DNA from: Octopus vulgaris
Taxonomy: Eukaryota
Direction: 5' to 3'
DNA length: 64,000 nucleotides
NCBI GenBank assembly: GCA_951406725.2
Contig: OX597821.1
Coordinates: 35,092,001 to 35,156,000 of the forward strand
Positions 12,095 through 25,068 of this stretch are shown here, piece after piece. Each line of letters begins with the position of its first letter. Position 1 is the first letter of the stretch. Position numbers and translations under genes: made by a program. The notes under the pieces are model-generated. The model was not told the origin of the DNA and ran no database searches. It was given only the letters and a program-made list of their open reading frames with translations.

Positions 12095-13372
12095 AATAAA
12101 GTATCGCGGAAGGCAACATAGAAATGCACCCTTATTAGCACACACCACAAATAACTGAACACAATACACCAACACCTTCGTAGCCGAGAGAATCTCGAAT
12201 ATAAACAAATGAAATAAAACACAATAATAACAAAATAATAAGAAAATGAAGATAAACTGGAATGAAATAGAAAACTGGCAAAAAATTGTATTTAAAAAAG
12301 AAAATAAAAGAACGCCTAATTAAACTACTAAAAACACAGAAATTGGAACGGAATTGGTTTTAGCTTAAACCACAAAACAGTAAAACATAAAAAACTGAGC
12401 AATCATCATCGTCATCATCATCATTCGCGCCTTCTCCAACCGCTCCTCCTCCTCGTCCTCATCATCGTCATTATCATCAGTATCATCATCATTAACAATA
12501 ACGACGACAACGATGTTGGCGTTAACGATGGCGACGATCTCATCCCACCCCTTGTCCTAATTACAACCTCAAATAACATATCCCACGCAATAATAACACC
12601 GTGCAAATACTCTTGCCAGGCGTTTCTAGAAAATTAGTTACCTGAAACCCTACATTTTAGAACCCCACCTCCAAAAAAAACCCCCAAAAAGCAAAACAAA
12701 ACAGAAACAATAACAGTTAAAAACCAAAGCAAAAACAAAACGAAAAACAAACAAGCAAATATAGTTCTAATAATAAATCCCTTTTCACATTCCGCATAAA
12801 TCACAGAGCTTTTTTCCCTTCCTTTATTTTCAGACACTTAAATGGGTAAATCATTGAACCAGATAAAGGCACAAAGAAGTACCCCTGTAACATCAACGCT
12901 TGCTTGTAGTAACGCTGTCAAAGTCTCCAAATCTGCTAACTAAACAAAATCATATAAATTCTAAGGCCCAGTAGAAGTCCAATTGGAATAACATCATACA
13001 GACACCACATTTTCATGTGGACACCTTCTAAAAAAAAAAAGTTTAGAAAGATTAATCCATGATATCGCTAACATACACAGAATCCTTCACACGTGCTGTT
13101 CTAACTAGCATTGACATCAGAAAAGCTTCCGACTTCAATCGCGCCAGCATTTATATGAAAACCGCTCAACCCCAGCTTTACAAACAAAGCAAAACGGTGG
13201 TTAGCAGACTACTTATCAGGTCACCATGTTTATGTAGCATACAAGAATAACACGTCTAGAACACATGCAATTCCTCAGCGGAGTAACGTTACCACTCACA
13301 CTTTCCAGCTTGCACCTGTATATCCTTTTCAAACATACACAAAACATGCATACAATCTCATATTGAAATATA

Positions 13373-13775
13373 GTATCTTTTCGGTCTGAACGGCAGTTTT
13401 TAACATAATTTCTAGGTAACTAAAAAATTTAAAACTTCGTAAACTGGTAGAATGTGTTTATAAAACATCTTTTTCTCTTGGCTTTATTGAGAAAATTCTA
13501 TAGTTTGTAAGATATTTGTTGTTTTTTTTCTTCAATTTCTGCAATTTAAACCAATCGATGACGTCCATTGAGTTAAAAAGCATTCTGTACCGTATGAATA
13601 TGTCCCTCGTTTAAGAAACAGATTGGGTTTATTTACATTTGTGAAGAAAAAAGATACCCTAACCCTAACCCTAAAATAGATTGAAATGCAATAGATCGAT
13701 ACTAGGGTCATAATTATGGGTGACAATTTCATATGACACCGCTAGAAAAAACTGCCGTTCAAACCGAAAAGATCC
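13373..13775. mobile_element. MITE with ~28-bp TIRs and internal TAACCC repeats, copy 1
   Basis: TIR (g)gatcttttcggtttgaacggcagttttt / aaaaactgccgttcaaaccgaaaagatcc; TSD gaaatata / gaaatatc. Confidence 0.9.
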
Positions 13776-14101
13776 GAAATATCTCCCATTTACATCTCAA
13801 TACCATTCTCCGGTCACAACTGCAGTTTTTCCAATACCGAGTAAATCCCCACAAAACCTGAACCCACAAACAACAGAGTTATTAGAAACAGTCAAATGCA
13901 CCATATCAAGCAGAACATATCAAATTTAACCAACATCATAATCAGCAACATAACTTCATCTCACTCACAGAAAGCAGTAATACGAGGGGTCATATACAAC
14001 ACATATATGTTATGAGGAGTCACATATAACGTTCAGAACACAAGAGATGTTGTACATACAGGAAAAAGGACGTGCGAACATAATTAAATCAATCACAGTT
14101 G

Positions 14102-14259
14102 TGAGTGGCTGTGTGGTAAGTAGCATGCTTACCAACCGAATGGTTCCGGGTTCAGTCCCACTGCGTGGCACCATGGGCAAATGTCTTCTACTATAGCCTC
14201 GGGCCGACCAAAACCTTGTGAGTAGATTTGGTAGAAGGAAACTGAAGAAGCCCGTCATA

Positions 14260-14321
<62 letters not shown>

Positions 14322-14545
14322 TGTATGTTTGTACGTCTGTGTTTGTCCCCCCACCCTAACATCGCTTGACAGCCGATGGTGGTGTGTTTGCGTCCCCGTA
14401 ACTTAGTGGTTCGGCAAAGAGACCGATAGAATAAGTGAATAAGCACTAGGCTTACAAAGAATAAGTCCTGGGGTCGATTTGCTCGACTAAAGGCGGTGCT
14501 CCAGCATGGCCGCAGTCAAATGACTGAAACAAGTAAAAGAGAGAA
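14102..14545 (+). mobile_element. SINE family C, full length
   Basis: Same architecture as 11388-11847; tail at 14492-14540. Confidence 0.9.
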
Positions 14546-14899
14546 AAATAAAGAGAGTTGTCATATTTGGCCAACATGATGAAAAACAATAGTGTGCAAA
14601 CAATACCTCAGATCCTTCATAGACCACGCTAACTGAACCTTGGCCTACATCCATTTCACTATAACTAACAACATATTTCGAGGTACACGACACAACACGT
14701 TACATCTCATAGCCTGTTCTTCATAGATCACAACTAAGACTGCACCTGAGACCATGTACGCGATGAAACAAAACTAGCAAAAATTAAAGATCACTTAGAC
14801 ACACTAGGTGCACAGTTCATTGCTGCTGCGAAACACACCAAACCTCACAATCATTATAGCAACTCTAAAAACTGTCCCCACACACCTAGACACATATCT

Positions 14900-15270
14900 C
14901 GTCATCATCATCATCATCAACAACAACAACAGCAACAGCATCGTCCGATCGGTCGATTTGTCCGGATCAGTGCAACTCCTCCACGCCAGACGTCCTGATC
15001 AAGCAATACTGCATGAACGTCTGGCTTAGGTTTGAGACACATTAGTATTTCGCTAGCTGAAATATCTCATCTTGCACATCACGACTACAGATGATAGCAG
15101 AAGGTTCCTAACTGCGCTGGTGGATCCTAACTGTCGACAGTTTGTTGACTTTTTATCCACTCAGTAATAAGTGACATTCGCCATTGATGCAATAAAATTC
15201 AACTTCCGGAATAGTTCACATCTTCCATGATGTGTCCAACTGATTTCAAAGTAACCTGGCTCTGGTATAG
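14900..15270 (-). mobile_element. highly degenerate RTE-like LINE 3' end
   Basis: Minus strand gives ...AVLLDQDVWRG... followed by a (TGT)n/(TGA)n tail; similarity is weak. Confidence 0.35.
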
Positions 15271-15690
15271 TTTGGTAGTTACGTGCTATTTAACCCATTG
15301 CTAGGACCCTTACGGGCGTTAATGCTCCAGCTAAGAGTAAACCTGGGAACAGTAGTGGTTAAGAGTCGGTCCCATGCAACTGAAAGCCTTGGAAGTCCCG
15401 AAACAAGGCCCCAACACCAGATGCAGTTTAAAGTTATGCGCAGTACTCATCAAATAACCTCGAACACTACATCATCATTTTCTGCTATCTCTGTCAGTGG
15501 TAGAATGCGCATTGACATGAAATAGTTACCTCCATTGTATGAATCTCTGCTATTGGACATGTCTCATGTTAGTTTCATTAGACATACTCATTCTCAGGGT
15601 ATGTTAAATGGAGGTACTAATTTTGAAGTGTTTCTTCTAAATTGATTGCTTTCACTGCAGCTAAGTAGCTCAATTATATATATATATAAT

Positions 15691-15892
15691 GTGACCGCGT
15701 GTGTATCGTTGGCGATTTTTTTCCTCTGTCTTCCCTTCTCTGGATCTTTCCTTCTCCTATGTTTCCGACGAAGAGCTCCACTCGAAACGTTAAACCCTCC
15801 TTCTTTCCTTCTTTCCTGAGCGTCCAATAATACTATATTTGTTCCACGTCCTCGCGTTGTTGTGATTTTTTGTGCTTTCTTGTTTGGGTTAA

Positions 15893-15895
<3 letters not shown>
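15691..15895 (+). mobile_element. ~200-bp hammerhead-bearing Penelope-pLTR-like element between (TA)n tracts, copy 1
   Basis: Homologous to 21001-21195 and 52641-52845; motif gttt-ccgacga-agagctccactc-gaaacgtt-aaac at 15761-15795. Confidence 0.75.
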
Positions 15896-15945
<50 letters not shown>

Positions 15946-16077
15946 GACGGGCTTCTTTCCGTTTCCGTCTATCAAATCCACTCGCAAGTTTCTGGTCATG
16001 AGGATGAAACAAAATTTCTTACTACACACCCACATCTGTGTGTGTGTATGTGTTTGTATGTTGCGTGTGTGTATGTA

Positions 16078-16124
<47 letters not shown>

Positions 16125-16424
16125 ATATGTGTGTAGTGGTTGTGTACTTGTACTGCTGAAGGGCACAAGACCAGTATGACGCCGTTCAAGCACGTTCTCT
16201 GTTTTGGGATGGAGTGTAGGTTAGGAATGGCGTGTACAGATTGCACGTAAATGACACTTGGGTAAGGTAGGTCAGAGAGTAAAGAAGATAGCGGTATAGA
16301 GTTCATTGATATAGAAGAAGAAAGGTGAGTGTTGTTGACAAACCCGGATCTTGGAGTATATTAGAATTGATAATGTGGTTCAGAAAGAGTGAGGTAAAGT
16401 GAGATAGAGACATATAGAAAGAGG

Positions 16425-16464
<40 letters not shown>

Positions 16465-18206
16465 AAAGGAAAGAGAGAAAGAGAAAGAGCAAAAGTTATA
16501 TCATCGTACGTCGTGATAGATATATGGATATACAGTGAGAAAGAAAATAGATAGATAGAAATATCAACAGCAGCAGATATAATTTGAAAGAGTTTGAGAG
16601 ATCAGACTTTTTAACGAAAGAATATATGTAAAGACTTATAGGAAAATATGTAGGAACTGTTCCAGTTCATTTAGCTAGGATCGTGCTAAAGCAAGATGGA
16701 ATATTGACGTCAAACCAACACATTGTCAATGGAACTTAATACTGTAAGCTACGCGTAACTGAAAGTTTCGGATATCAAAATAGCAAGCGATATCATTTAA
16801 CCAGAAATTCGAGATAGTATTATCAAATTGGTGTCGTCGGAGAAAGTTCCTTTTAGGTGTTTCCCATACGCCAGAGAATCCATGGTCTATTGATTTCCAG
16901 GGAAACATTTAAAAATCGTCGTGGTGTATATTTTCCTTTGAAGATGATCATACGTCTGACTCATGCGCTTTCGTTTACGCAATTGCAGTTCTGCCATCAA
17001 TGACAACATTTTAGATCTCCCATATGGCCCGCCCCAACTGATGAGAACAAATGTAACTCGTGCGCTGTCGATATATAACTTCATTCATTCGCGACGAAAT
17101 ATTATCTGATCGATCGTGCATGTATCTCTTCAAAAAATAAAATAAAAAATGTTTGTACAAATATTTATAGTTGTTGAAGGGTATCGTTAGGGTGTCCTTT
17201 CTCAGATAAGTGGGCTTAAATTTTGTAGTGAAATGACCTGAAGCATATATCATGTAAGAACTACTAGAAAACAGGTTCTACGTTCAAAATCTTCTATAGA
17301 AGCGAGAACAATTATTTCTGCATAGCTTCACCTCAATTTCCTCTCGGGAATAAGCTTCAGATATTCTGCGAGTGTTACCATTACCTGCGATACATTGGTC
17401 GTCGTCTATACAAAGGATGATTAATTACTCATCTGCTAAGTATTATTGTAAAGGAATTCAACAGCGGAGCTTCAGAACCTCACAGGGAAATTGAATATAT
17501 CAGCAAACATCCAAGTGATTGAGACTTATTATTTACAAATAGCCAAGTGGACACAGAACACTGCAAACGTCTGTAATTTGTACCCTGTCGACATCCCACT
17601 TTGCCTAAACCGTAAACAGGTTTACAGCAAGGTGAGAACAACTTGCTGCTGTTAGGAGCAGCTACACTGCACGTTTCACAAATGTTTCATTACATCTGTG
17701 AAATTGGTATTTTAACACGTTCTTTGGATATTAACAACCAGAGCCAAAATATACCAAGATAATCTGTCTGTCTGTTTGTCTTTCTTTCCGTCCGTCTGTC
17801 TGTCTGTGTATTTGTGTGAATGTGTAAGCGTGTATGTGCATGCGTGAATATATGTATTATGTCTATTTGTCGCTTTCGCTCTTGCTACTTGTCTTCGACG
17901 AAAGGTGACGTCGCTGCGGAAAGACAGACGTGTTGGGGTTCACTGCTGTCACATCAATATTATTTATATATTAGTGTCAATCAAGCAAACACACATACGC
18001 GCGCATGCACCTACTAGTCACTGTCACAGGAGCACATCCTACCATTCACGCTTGCGTACACTATCTATAAATGTGAACTACATTAAGGGAAGACAACTCA
18101 ACAAAAAACAAGCAGATGCTTTAAAAACAATTTACTGGTTAAGAAACTCACTTTGGTTTCAGGTACAGTCCTAGTGTGCGATACTTTGGACAAATGTCTT
18201 CTCTCT

Positions 18207-18506
18207 CGTGACCGTGACTGACCAGACTATGAGATGTTGCTACACATCGCTGGTCACAATGCGCTTTGCATTGTTTTAGCCTTCAAATGACGCCACCCCG
18301 CTGGCTAAGCGGGCAGGCCAAGAGAAGAAAGAGTGAGAGAAAGTTGTGGCAAAAGGGTACAGTGGGGATCGCCACCACCTGCTGCCGGAGCCGCGTGGAA
18401 CTATAGGTGTTTTCGCTCAATAAACACTCACAGCGCCTGGTCTGGGAATTGAAACCGCGATCCTACAACCGCGAGTCCGCTGCTCTAACCACTGGGCCAT
18501 TGCGCC

Positions 18507-18511
<5 letters not shown>
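18207..18511 (-). mobile_element. SINE family A, full length
   Basis: Head gtgaaggcgcaatggcccagtggttagagcagcggactcgcgg; tail ctggtcagtcacggtcacg. Confidence 0.9.
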
Positions 18512-18555
<44 letters not shown>

Positions 18556-18579
18556 GCACACACACACATATATATGTAT

Positions 18580-18610
<31 letters not shown>

Positions 18611-18639
18611 TCTATATATATATACATACATATATATAT

Positions 18640-19034
18640 AAATTAAGATTCAATAGGGTATATAATACGACTTGCTAAAATCAGAGACCACCATAAAACT
18701 CAAGATAAAGACACACACGAGCAATGCAATGAACATATGAGAAATAGGCTTACCTTTGCGTTGAATACATCCGTAAGTAATGTATATTTAAAGTAAGGAA
18801 CGCACGCGAGATAATGTAGTGAATATTTTAGAAATAGATGTTAAAATGTTATTTTCAAATGAAGACCGCAGAGTATGTTTGTCATGCAAAGCGTGAAATC
18901 AATTGGTATTGAAATGTACTTACTAATGTATTCAACGCATTGCTCGTGTGTATATCATGAATTTTATGGTGGTAGTCGGAGCATTTGCTCTGATTTTAGC
19001 AAGTGGTATTATATAACCTATTGAATCTTAATTT
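18640..19034. mobile_element. fold-back element or MITE with long imperfect inverted arms
   Basis: aattaagattcaatagg...cttgctaaaatcagag...cacacgagcaatgc is mirrored at 18926-19034. Confidence 0.7.
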
Positions 19035-19120
19035 ACCTTGTATTGTGCCTGTAAAGGTGGAAACTTGCTAGCTACCTTATTATTACTATAAATAACGGTA
19101 ATAATACATACATACATACA

Positions 19121-19166
<46 letters not shown>

Positions 19167-19169
19167 AAC

Positions 19170-20845
19170 AAGACTAAAAATTTGGAATAAGAACGTAACA
19201 AAACATCCGGACACTTAGCCGGACAGGAAAAACAATGATGAGTCAATCTTAGCCTTCTATCGTCAGTCGAACTGCAGATCATCCATGCAGTTTCTGCCGG
19301 TTACACCCGAGACTGCTTTAATCTGGCCGGCCCCAAGAAAATCTAAGCTAAGAGCACCAGCTTCTTTGGAAGAAAGAAAGCGAATGTATTCGAAAACAAG
19401 AACAGGAATAAAGAAATAAGGAGATGAAGAAAGAGAAGTAAAAAGGAGCATAAAAGTTCACAGTACAACTTACCAATCGTGTAGAAATAAGTCCATAAGT
19501 CCTTAGGTGCAATCCTGCGTAAATCCATGTGGGTTAAAGTCTTGATATTGTAAACATCCAGAAAAATAAGACGCGAACGTATCAACGTCCAATAACAGAA
19601 TGGTAGCCGAGGTGGCTATTAAGTAAATAAATAGAAAGAGAAGTAGATAAATTGAGGGGGAAGTTAAGTATTGGCTTTAAGGATAAATTAAGGTATATAG
19701 TGTCTAAGTATATAGTGTACAAAGATGGCCAAGAAGATAAGAGTGATGAGGAGGGGGAAGAAGATAAGGTAAAAAATAACCACAATAGTGCAAAACGAAA
19801 GGAATTTAAAGAGAGCAGTAGTTGCCAGTGGTATTCTTCTTGTCAAGGCGGCGAGCTGGCAGAAACGTTAGCACACCGGGCGAAATGCTTAGCGGTATTT
19901 CGTCTGTCGTTACGTTGTGAGTTCAAATTCCGCCGAGGTCGACTTTGCCTTTCATCCTTTCGGGGTCGATAAATTAAAGTACCAGTTACGCACTGGGGTC
20001 GATGTAATCGACTTAATACCTATGTCTGTCCTTGTTTGTCCCCTCTGTGTTTAGCCCCTTGTGGGTATTAAAGAAATAGGTATTCTTCTTGTCAACAGGG
20101 TTTGGGGAGGAAATCTTGTAGTAAATACTTGTGTCCGTTCTGGCTAAGGTCAGTGGCTGTAGAGTTACTCTTAGCAATGGGGTTACGGATGTGCATGTAG
20201 TCGTGAATGGAGAAACTAGTTGAACGTTAAATTATTTAGGAGTTTGAGTTAGAATTAAATATTAGGAAACATATTAGGTTAAGGTTTGAAAATAAATTAA
20301 AGAATTAATATTTATCTTATAAAGTGATGAGGTAAGGTTGATTGTAGGGATATAGAACGGTATGTGTTACTGGTCATGGAGGTTTGTACATGGGTGTTAC
20401 TCGTGAGGGGGACTTACATTTAGATTTATGAAAGAATTTAAAAGTTCAGAAGAATTTGTATTGACACGTAGTGAAAGCTTCGTTGCGTTTATTAAGCAAT
20501 TGTGGTGAGCTATGGGTTAAAAATTTGAGGGCTTCTTTTAAGCTGAGTCTACAAATGGAGTACTGGCCCTGATACGGGATACCAGGGTCTATTATAGCCC
20601 AGAAAAGTATATATTGTATTTTTCTATTAATTAGATGGTGTACGTGGCTGGCTTGAGATGTGGAATTGCTATTCTCTTTATATTTAAACGAGTTTAAATG
20701 TGCATAATACCTTTGTTTAAACTATGTAGTAGCTATAGGAGTTATTTACTATGATGTAAACGGTGCTTTGGTATACGACGTTGAATCTTCTGCACTGGGC
20801 TTGCAGTGGGTAGTCTGTCCCGGATTTGCATTTCCAGCTATCAAT
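19170..20845 (-). pseudogene. degenerate Penelope-like element: GIY-YIG endonuclease remnant (about 20440-20845) plus probable 3' region
   Basis: Minus-strand translation across frameshifts: CKSGTDYPLQAQCRRFNVVYQSTV..YYI..FKQRYYAHLNSF..NSTSQASHVHHL..W.II..Y..ICRLSLKE..LLNKRNEAFTTC, a pattern I recall from Naiad-type PLE endonucleases. The left boundary is uncertain. Confidence 0.7.
19847..20078 (+). mobile_element. SINE family B, full length, young
   Basis: Perfect 17-bp TSD ggtattcttcttgtcaa at 19830-19846 and 20079-20095. Confidence 0.93.
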
Positions 20846-20857
20846 TCTACGATGGTT

Positions 20858-20932
<75 letters not shown>

Positions 20933-21000
20933 TACATTTATGACGTACCATCAGACCCTAAGATTTGTTGGCCTATATATATATATATATATATATATAT

Positions 21001-21195
21001 GTGACCGCGTGTGCACCGTTGACGATTTTTTCCCTCCGTCTTCTCTTCTTTGGATCTTTCCTTTTCCTATGTTTCTGATCAAGAGCTCCGCTCGAAACAT
21101 TAAACCCTCCTTCTGTCCTTCTTTCCTGAGCGTCCAATAATACTATATTTGTTCCACGTCCTCGCGTTGTTGTGTTTTCATGTTTGGATTAACTT
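21001..21195 (+). mobile_element. hammerhead-bearing element, copy 2
   Basis: gttt-ctgatca-agagctccgctc-gaaacatt-aaac at 21071-21105; flanked by (TA)n and (CA)n. Confidence 0.75.
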
Positions 21196-21198
21196 TAT

Positions 21199-21240
<42 letters not shown>

Positions 21241-21357
21241 CGTTTTTAACTGTAGAACGCGAAGTAGATAAAGCTATTACAATAGTACGTATATGCTGTT
21301 ATTGACAAGTAAATATTAGGAGAACAAACCCTTTTGGACAAAAAAAAACAATATGTT

Positions 21358-21416
<59 letters not shown>

Positions 21417-21419
21417 CTT

Positions 21420-21597
21420 TGTGTTTGTGTTTGTGCATACCCTTCCCTCCGCTTGACGATCGGTGTCGGTTGGTCGTAAGAGACCGATAAAATAAGTACC
21501 AGAATTTAAATAAAATAGATGGGTTGATGTCTTCGACTAAACTCTTCAAGACGGCTCCCAAGCGTGGCTACAGTCTAATGATTAAAACCAGTGAAAC
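21420..21597 (+). mobile_element. SINE family C, 3' half, degenerate
   Basis: agagaccgataaaataagtacc...gacggctcccaagcgtggctacagtctaatgattaaaac. Confidence 0.6.
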
Positions 21598-21829
21598 GTA
21601 GAGCTATAATTTATATAATGAAATACCTAGCTAATTGTTAGGCTTTATTATTCTGTTTATATTTGGCTGTCTCATTCCTGTTCGTTCGGAATTCATATCA
21701 TAAAATCGTTATGAAAAGTTTCAGATTCATATTTGTTGGAAAGTCAATCAACAATTAATAATTTCTAATTATTGTATTAATTGTATTTGAAGGACAATGA
21801 AATAATACAATGTAAATATATAAAGCAAA

Positions 21830-21845
21830 TTAAGCAATTATTAGT

Positions 21846-21891
<46 letters not shown>

Positions 21892-22280
21892 GCGTGTTTG
21901 TATCAGTATGTGTCAGACTAACAATATTTGTATGTATATATGTATGTTTATATGAACATGTACCTATACATATACATACATATATATGCATATACACACA
22001 TATATATGTATGTATATGTTTATATGAACATGTACCTATACATATACATACATATATATGCATATACACACATATATATGTACATTATATATATATATAT
22101 ATATGTGTGTATATATATATATATGTGTGTATATGCATATATATGTATGTATAGGTACATGTTCATATAAACATACATATATACATACATACAAATATTG
22201 TTAGTCAGACAAATACTGATACAAACACGCCTGCACACACACACACACACACACACATACACCCACTAATAATTGCTTAA
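21830..22280. repeat. local inverted duplication centred on a TA/CA-rich tract
   Basis: ttaagcaattattagtgggt...gcaggcgtgtttgtatcagt...tatgaacatgtacctata is mirrored at about 22145-22280. Confidence 0.9.
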
Positions 22281-22356
22281 TATATATTATGGCAAGTTAT
22301 AAAAGAATAATATTGAATATGACAAACTATAATATAAATCTATGTATATATGAAAA

Positions 22357-22456
<100 letters not shown>

Positions 22457-22757
22457 AGCCTCTCCGTTTCTCTGTTGCTGTATGTGTGTACGTATGTACG
22501 TATGTTTGTGCACATGTGCACATGCGTGTGATGTGGGTGTGTGTTGTGTGTGTGTGTGTTGTGTGTGTGTGTACACCAATACAAAATAATTTATATGAAT
22601 AAATCGAACGTTTCCCCCTTTGTAGTCGTACATAACTTCAGAGAAATATCTACATAAACATACAATATATTTATGCACACACACACGTATGTAATGTATG
22701 TATATCTCACGAAACTAAAAGACATAAATATGCGAAGACAAAAGACAAAAGGAAAAT

Positions 22758-22802
<45 letters not shown>

Positions 22803-23164
22803 CAAACGCGATGTTCAATAAAACATAACTAAATATATACTTTTGTAATCTAGAATCACCTGATGTCAACCGTAACACAATGATTCTGCTTGCTGGTTGC
22901 TGTTGTAATGATTCTGTTAACAATAAGCTGTATATAATAATCGTTGGTACCAGACTTCGGTTAGGCTAGGCTAGGCTAAATAACAAAAGAACTGGAAAAT
23001 GTCGCTTTTCAATGCATTTCTGATTTCAGTATTTGAAACTTTTATTCAGACTTTGTGATATTTAGATGAAACGAACAAAGATGGAATTTAGCTTTGTGAC
23101 TTCAATGGGATGTCTTGCACCTACGCCTCTACGCACACAAAAAACAAGTTTTATACAAAGCAAC

Positions 23165-23530
23165 ACACACACACACACACATACACATTTATGTATATAT
23201 GTATGTATGAGTGTATATATATATATATGAATTAACGAAGGTGGCTAGACGAAAATATGTGTATGTGTATATGTATGTATATATATATATATATATAGTT
23301 GTGTGTGTGCATGTATTCAACGAGCTTCTTTCAGTTTCCATATACTAAATCCACTCAAAAAGTTTTGGTTGACCCGAGGTTGTAGTAGAAGACACTTGCC
23401 CAAGGTGCCATGCAGTGTGACTGAACCCAGAACTATGTGGCTGGGAGGTAAGATTCTTACCACTCAGCCACACGCGCACACACAGAATATATATCTAATA
23501 TACATGTACATGCACATATACATACAAGCA

Positions 23531-23579
<49 letters not shown>

Positions 23580-23780
23580 GCAAGTGTCTTCTACTACAAC
23601 CTCGGGTCAACCAAAACCTTTTGAGTGGATTTAGTATATGGAAACTGAAAGAAGCTCGTTGAATATATGCACACACACACACACTATATATATATATACA
23701 CATATTTTCGTCTAGCCACCTTCGTTAATTCCTCATACATACATATATACATAAATGTGTGTGTGTCTGTGTGTGTGTGT
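23165..23780. repeat. local inverted duplication (arms about 23165-23402 and 23577-23780) including part of a family C SINE
   Basis: Unique gaattaacgaaggtggctagacgaaaatatg and private SINE mutations occur in both orientations. Confidence 0.9.
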
Positions 23781-23861
23781 GTATATATATATGTAGGTCC
23801 TGGGTTGAGTCGGGGTTAACCACAGTAAATAAGGTACTCAATACATAGCAGAGTAAATTAA

Positions 23862-23991
23862 TTTATTTTGTAGAAGGAGCTTCTACAGAACTAGGACTGT
23901 TTCATTCAAAAGAAATCATCAGGAAGCTTCCTGATGATTTCTTTTGAATGAAACAGTCCTAGTTCTGTAGAAGCTCCTTCTACAAAATAAA
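23862..23991. ncRNA. perfect 130-bp palindrome with two back-to-back hammerhead cores
   Basis: Centre ggaag|cttcc at 23926/23927; each arm reads CTGATGA-tttcttttgaat-GAAAC-a-GTC (23931-23958 on +). Confidence 0.75.
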
Positions 23992-23993
23992 AT

Positions 23994-24054
<61 letters not shown>

Positions 24055-24349
24055 GCATGCATAAACATACATAGATATGTATATCATATCATAGCAATCT
24101 ATCTATCTATCTACATATACAAGGAGAGAGAGTGAGAGAGAAAGAAAGAGAGAGAGATACAGAGAAACTGATGGATAGAAATATTTTCTCTCTCACTCTC
24201 TTTCTCTCTCTCACACACAGATATACGAAAATACGACTTAGTAGATACGTAGATATAAATACCTTTACATTAATATCCAAAGTAATAGACAATGTTTCAT
24301 ACAAATATATGCATTTATATATACATATACCGGCGGATATTGGTTGAAA

Positions 24350-24538
24350 TCTCGGCACGGGTGCAGCAAATTTGGTGGACGTAGATAAGTCGATTACATG
24401 GGCTGTACTATCCAACTAGTACCTATTTATCAACCCCAAAAGGACCCTAGGTCGAGTTTCAACTCAGAACGTAAAAACGGACGAAATACCGCTAAGCATT
24501 TTGCACGGCGTGCTAATGATTTTGCCAGCTCGCCGCAT
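24350..24538 (-). mobile_element. SINE family B, alternative tail, degenerate
   Basis: gcggcgagctggcaaaatcattagcacgccg head on the minus strand. Confidence 0.7.
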
Positions 24539-24739
24539 TCATACAAGTGATGATTGACATGTTTATACATACAGAAATATACAGATATATATATATAATT
24601 GCATGAATATATATTTGTAGAACGCATACTATATCTCCAGCCATGAGTAATTGTATATACGTCGATATATATGTGTGCGTGAGTGCGTGTATATGTATAT
24701 ATATATGGGGGGAGAAATAAAAAAAAAAAAGGCGAAGAA

Positions 24740-24900
24740 AGGTGGTGTAGACCACAGACAGATGTATTAGTATAACGCTCGGGAAGTGAGAAAGTCTTTA
24801 ACGTTTCGAGCCTACGCTCTTCCACAGAAAGGAACACAGAAAGAAATAAGGAGAGAAAATAAAGAATGTGTAGTGGCTAGCGATCAATCATGACGAATGT
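24740..24900 (-). mobile_element. hammerhead-bearing element, related subfamily
   Basis: Minus strand cttt-ctgtgga-agagcgtaggctc-gaaacgtt-aaag at 24796-24831. Confidence 0.65.
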
Positions 24901-25011
24901 AAACATACATAAACATGTATATTATATGCGTGTCTATTTCTATATTTTTCTATAAATCTACCTGTCTATCTCCCTTCTTTCTCTCACTCTGTCTCCCCCT
25001 TTCTCTTTTTA

Positions 25012-25068
<57 letters not shown>

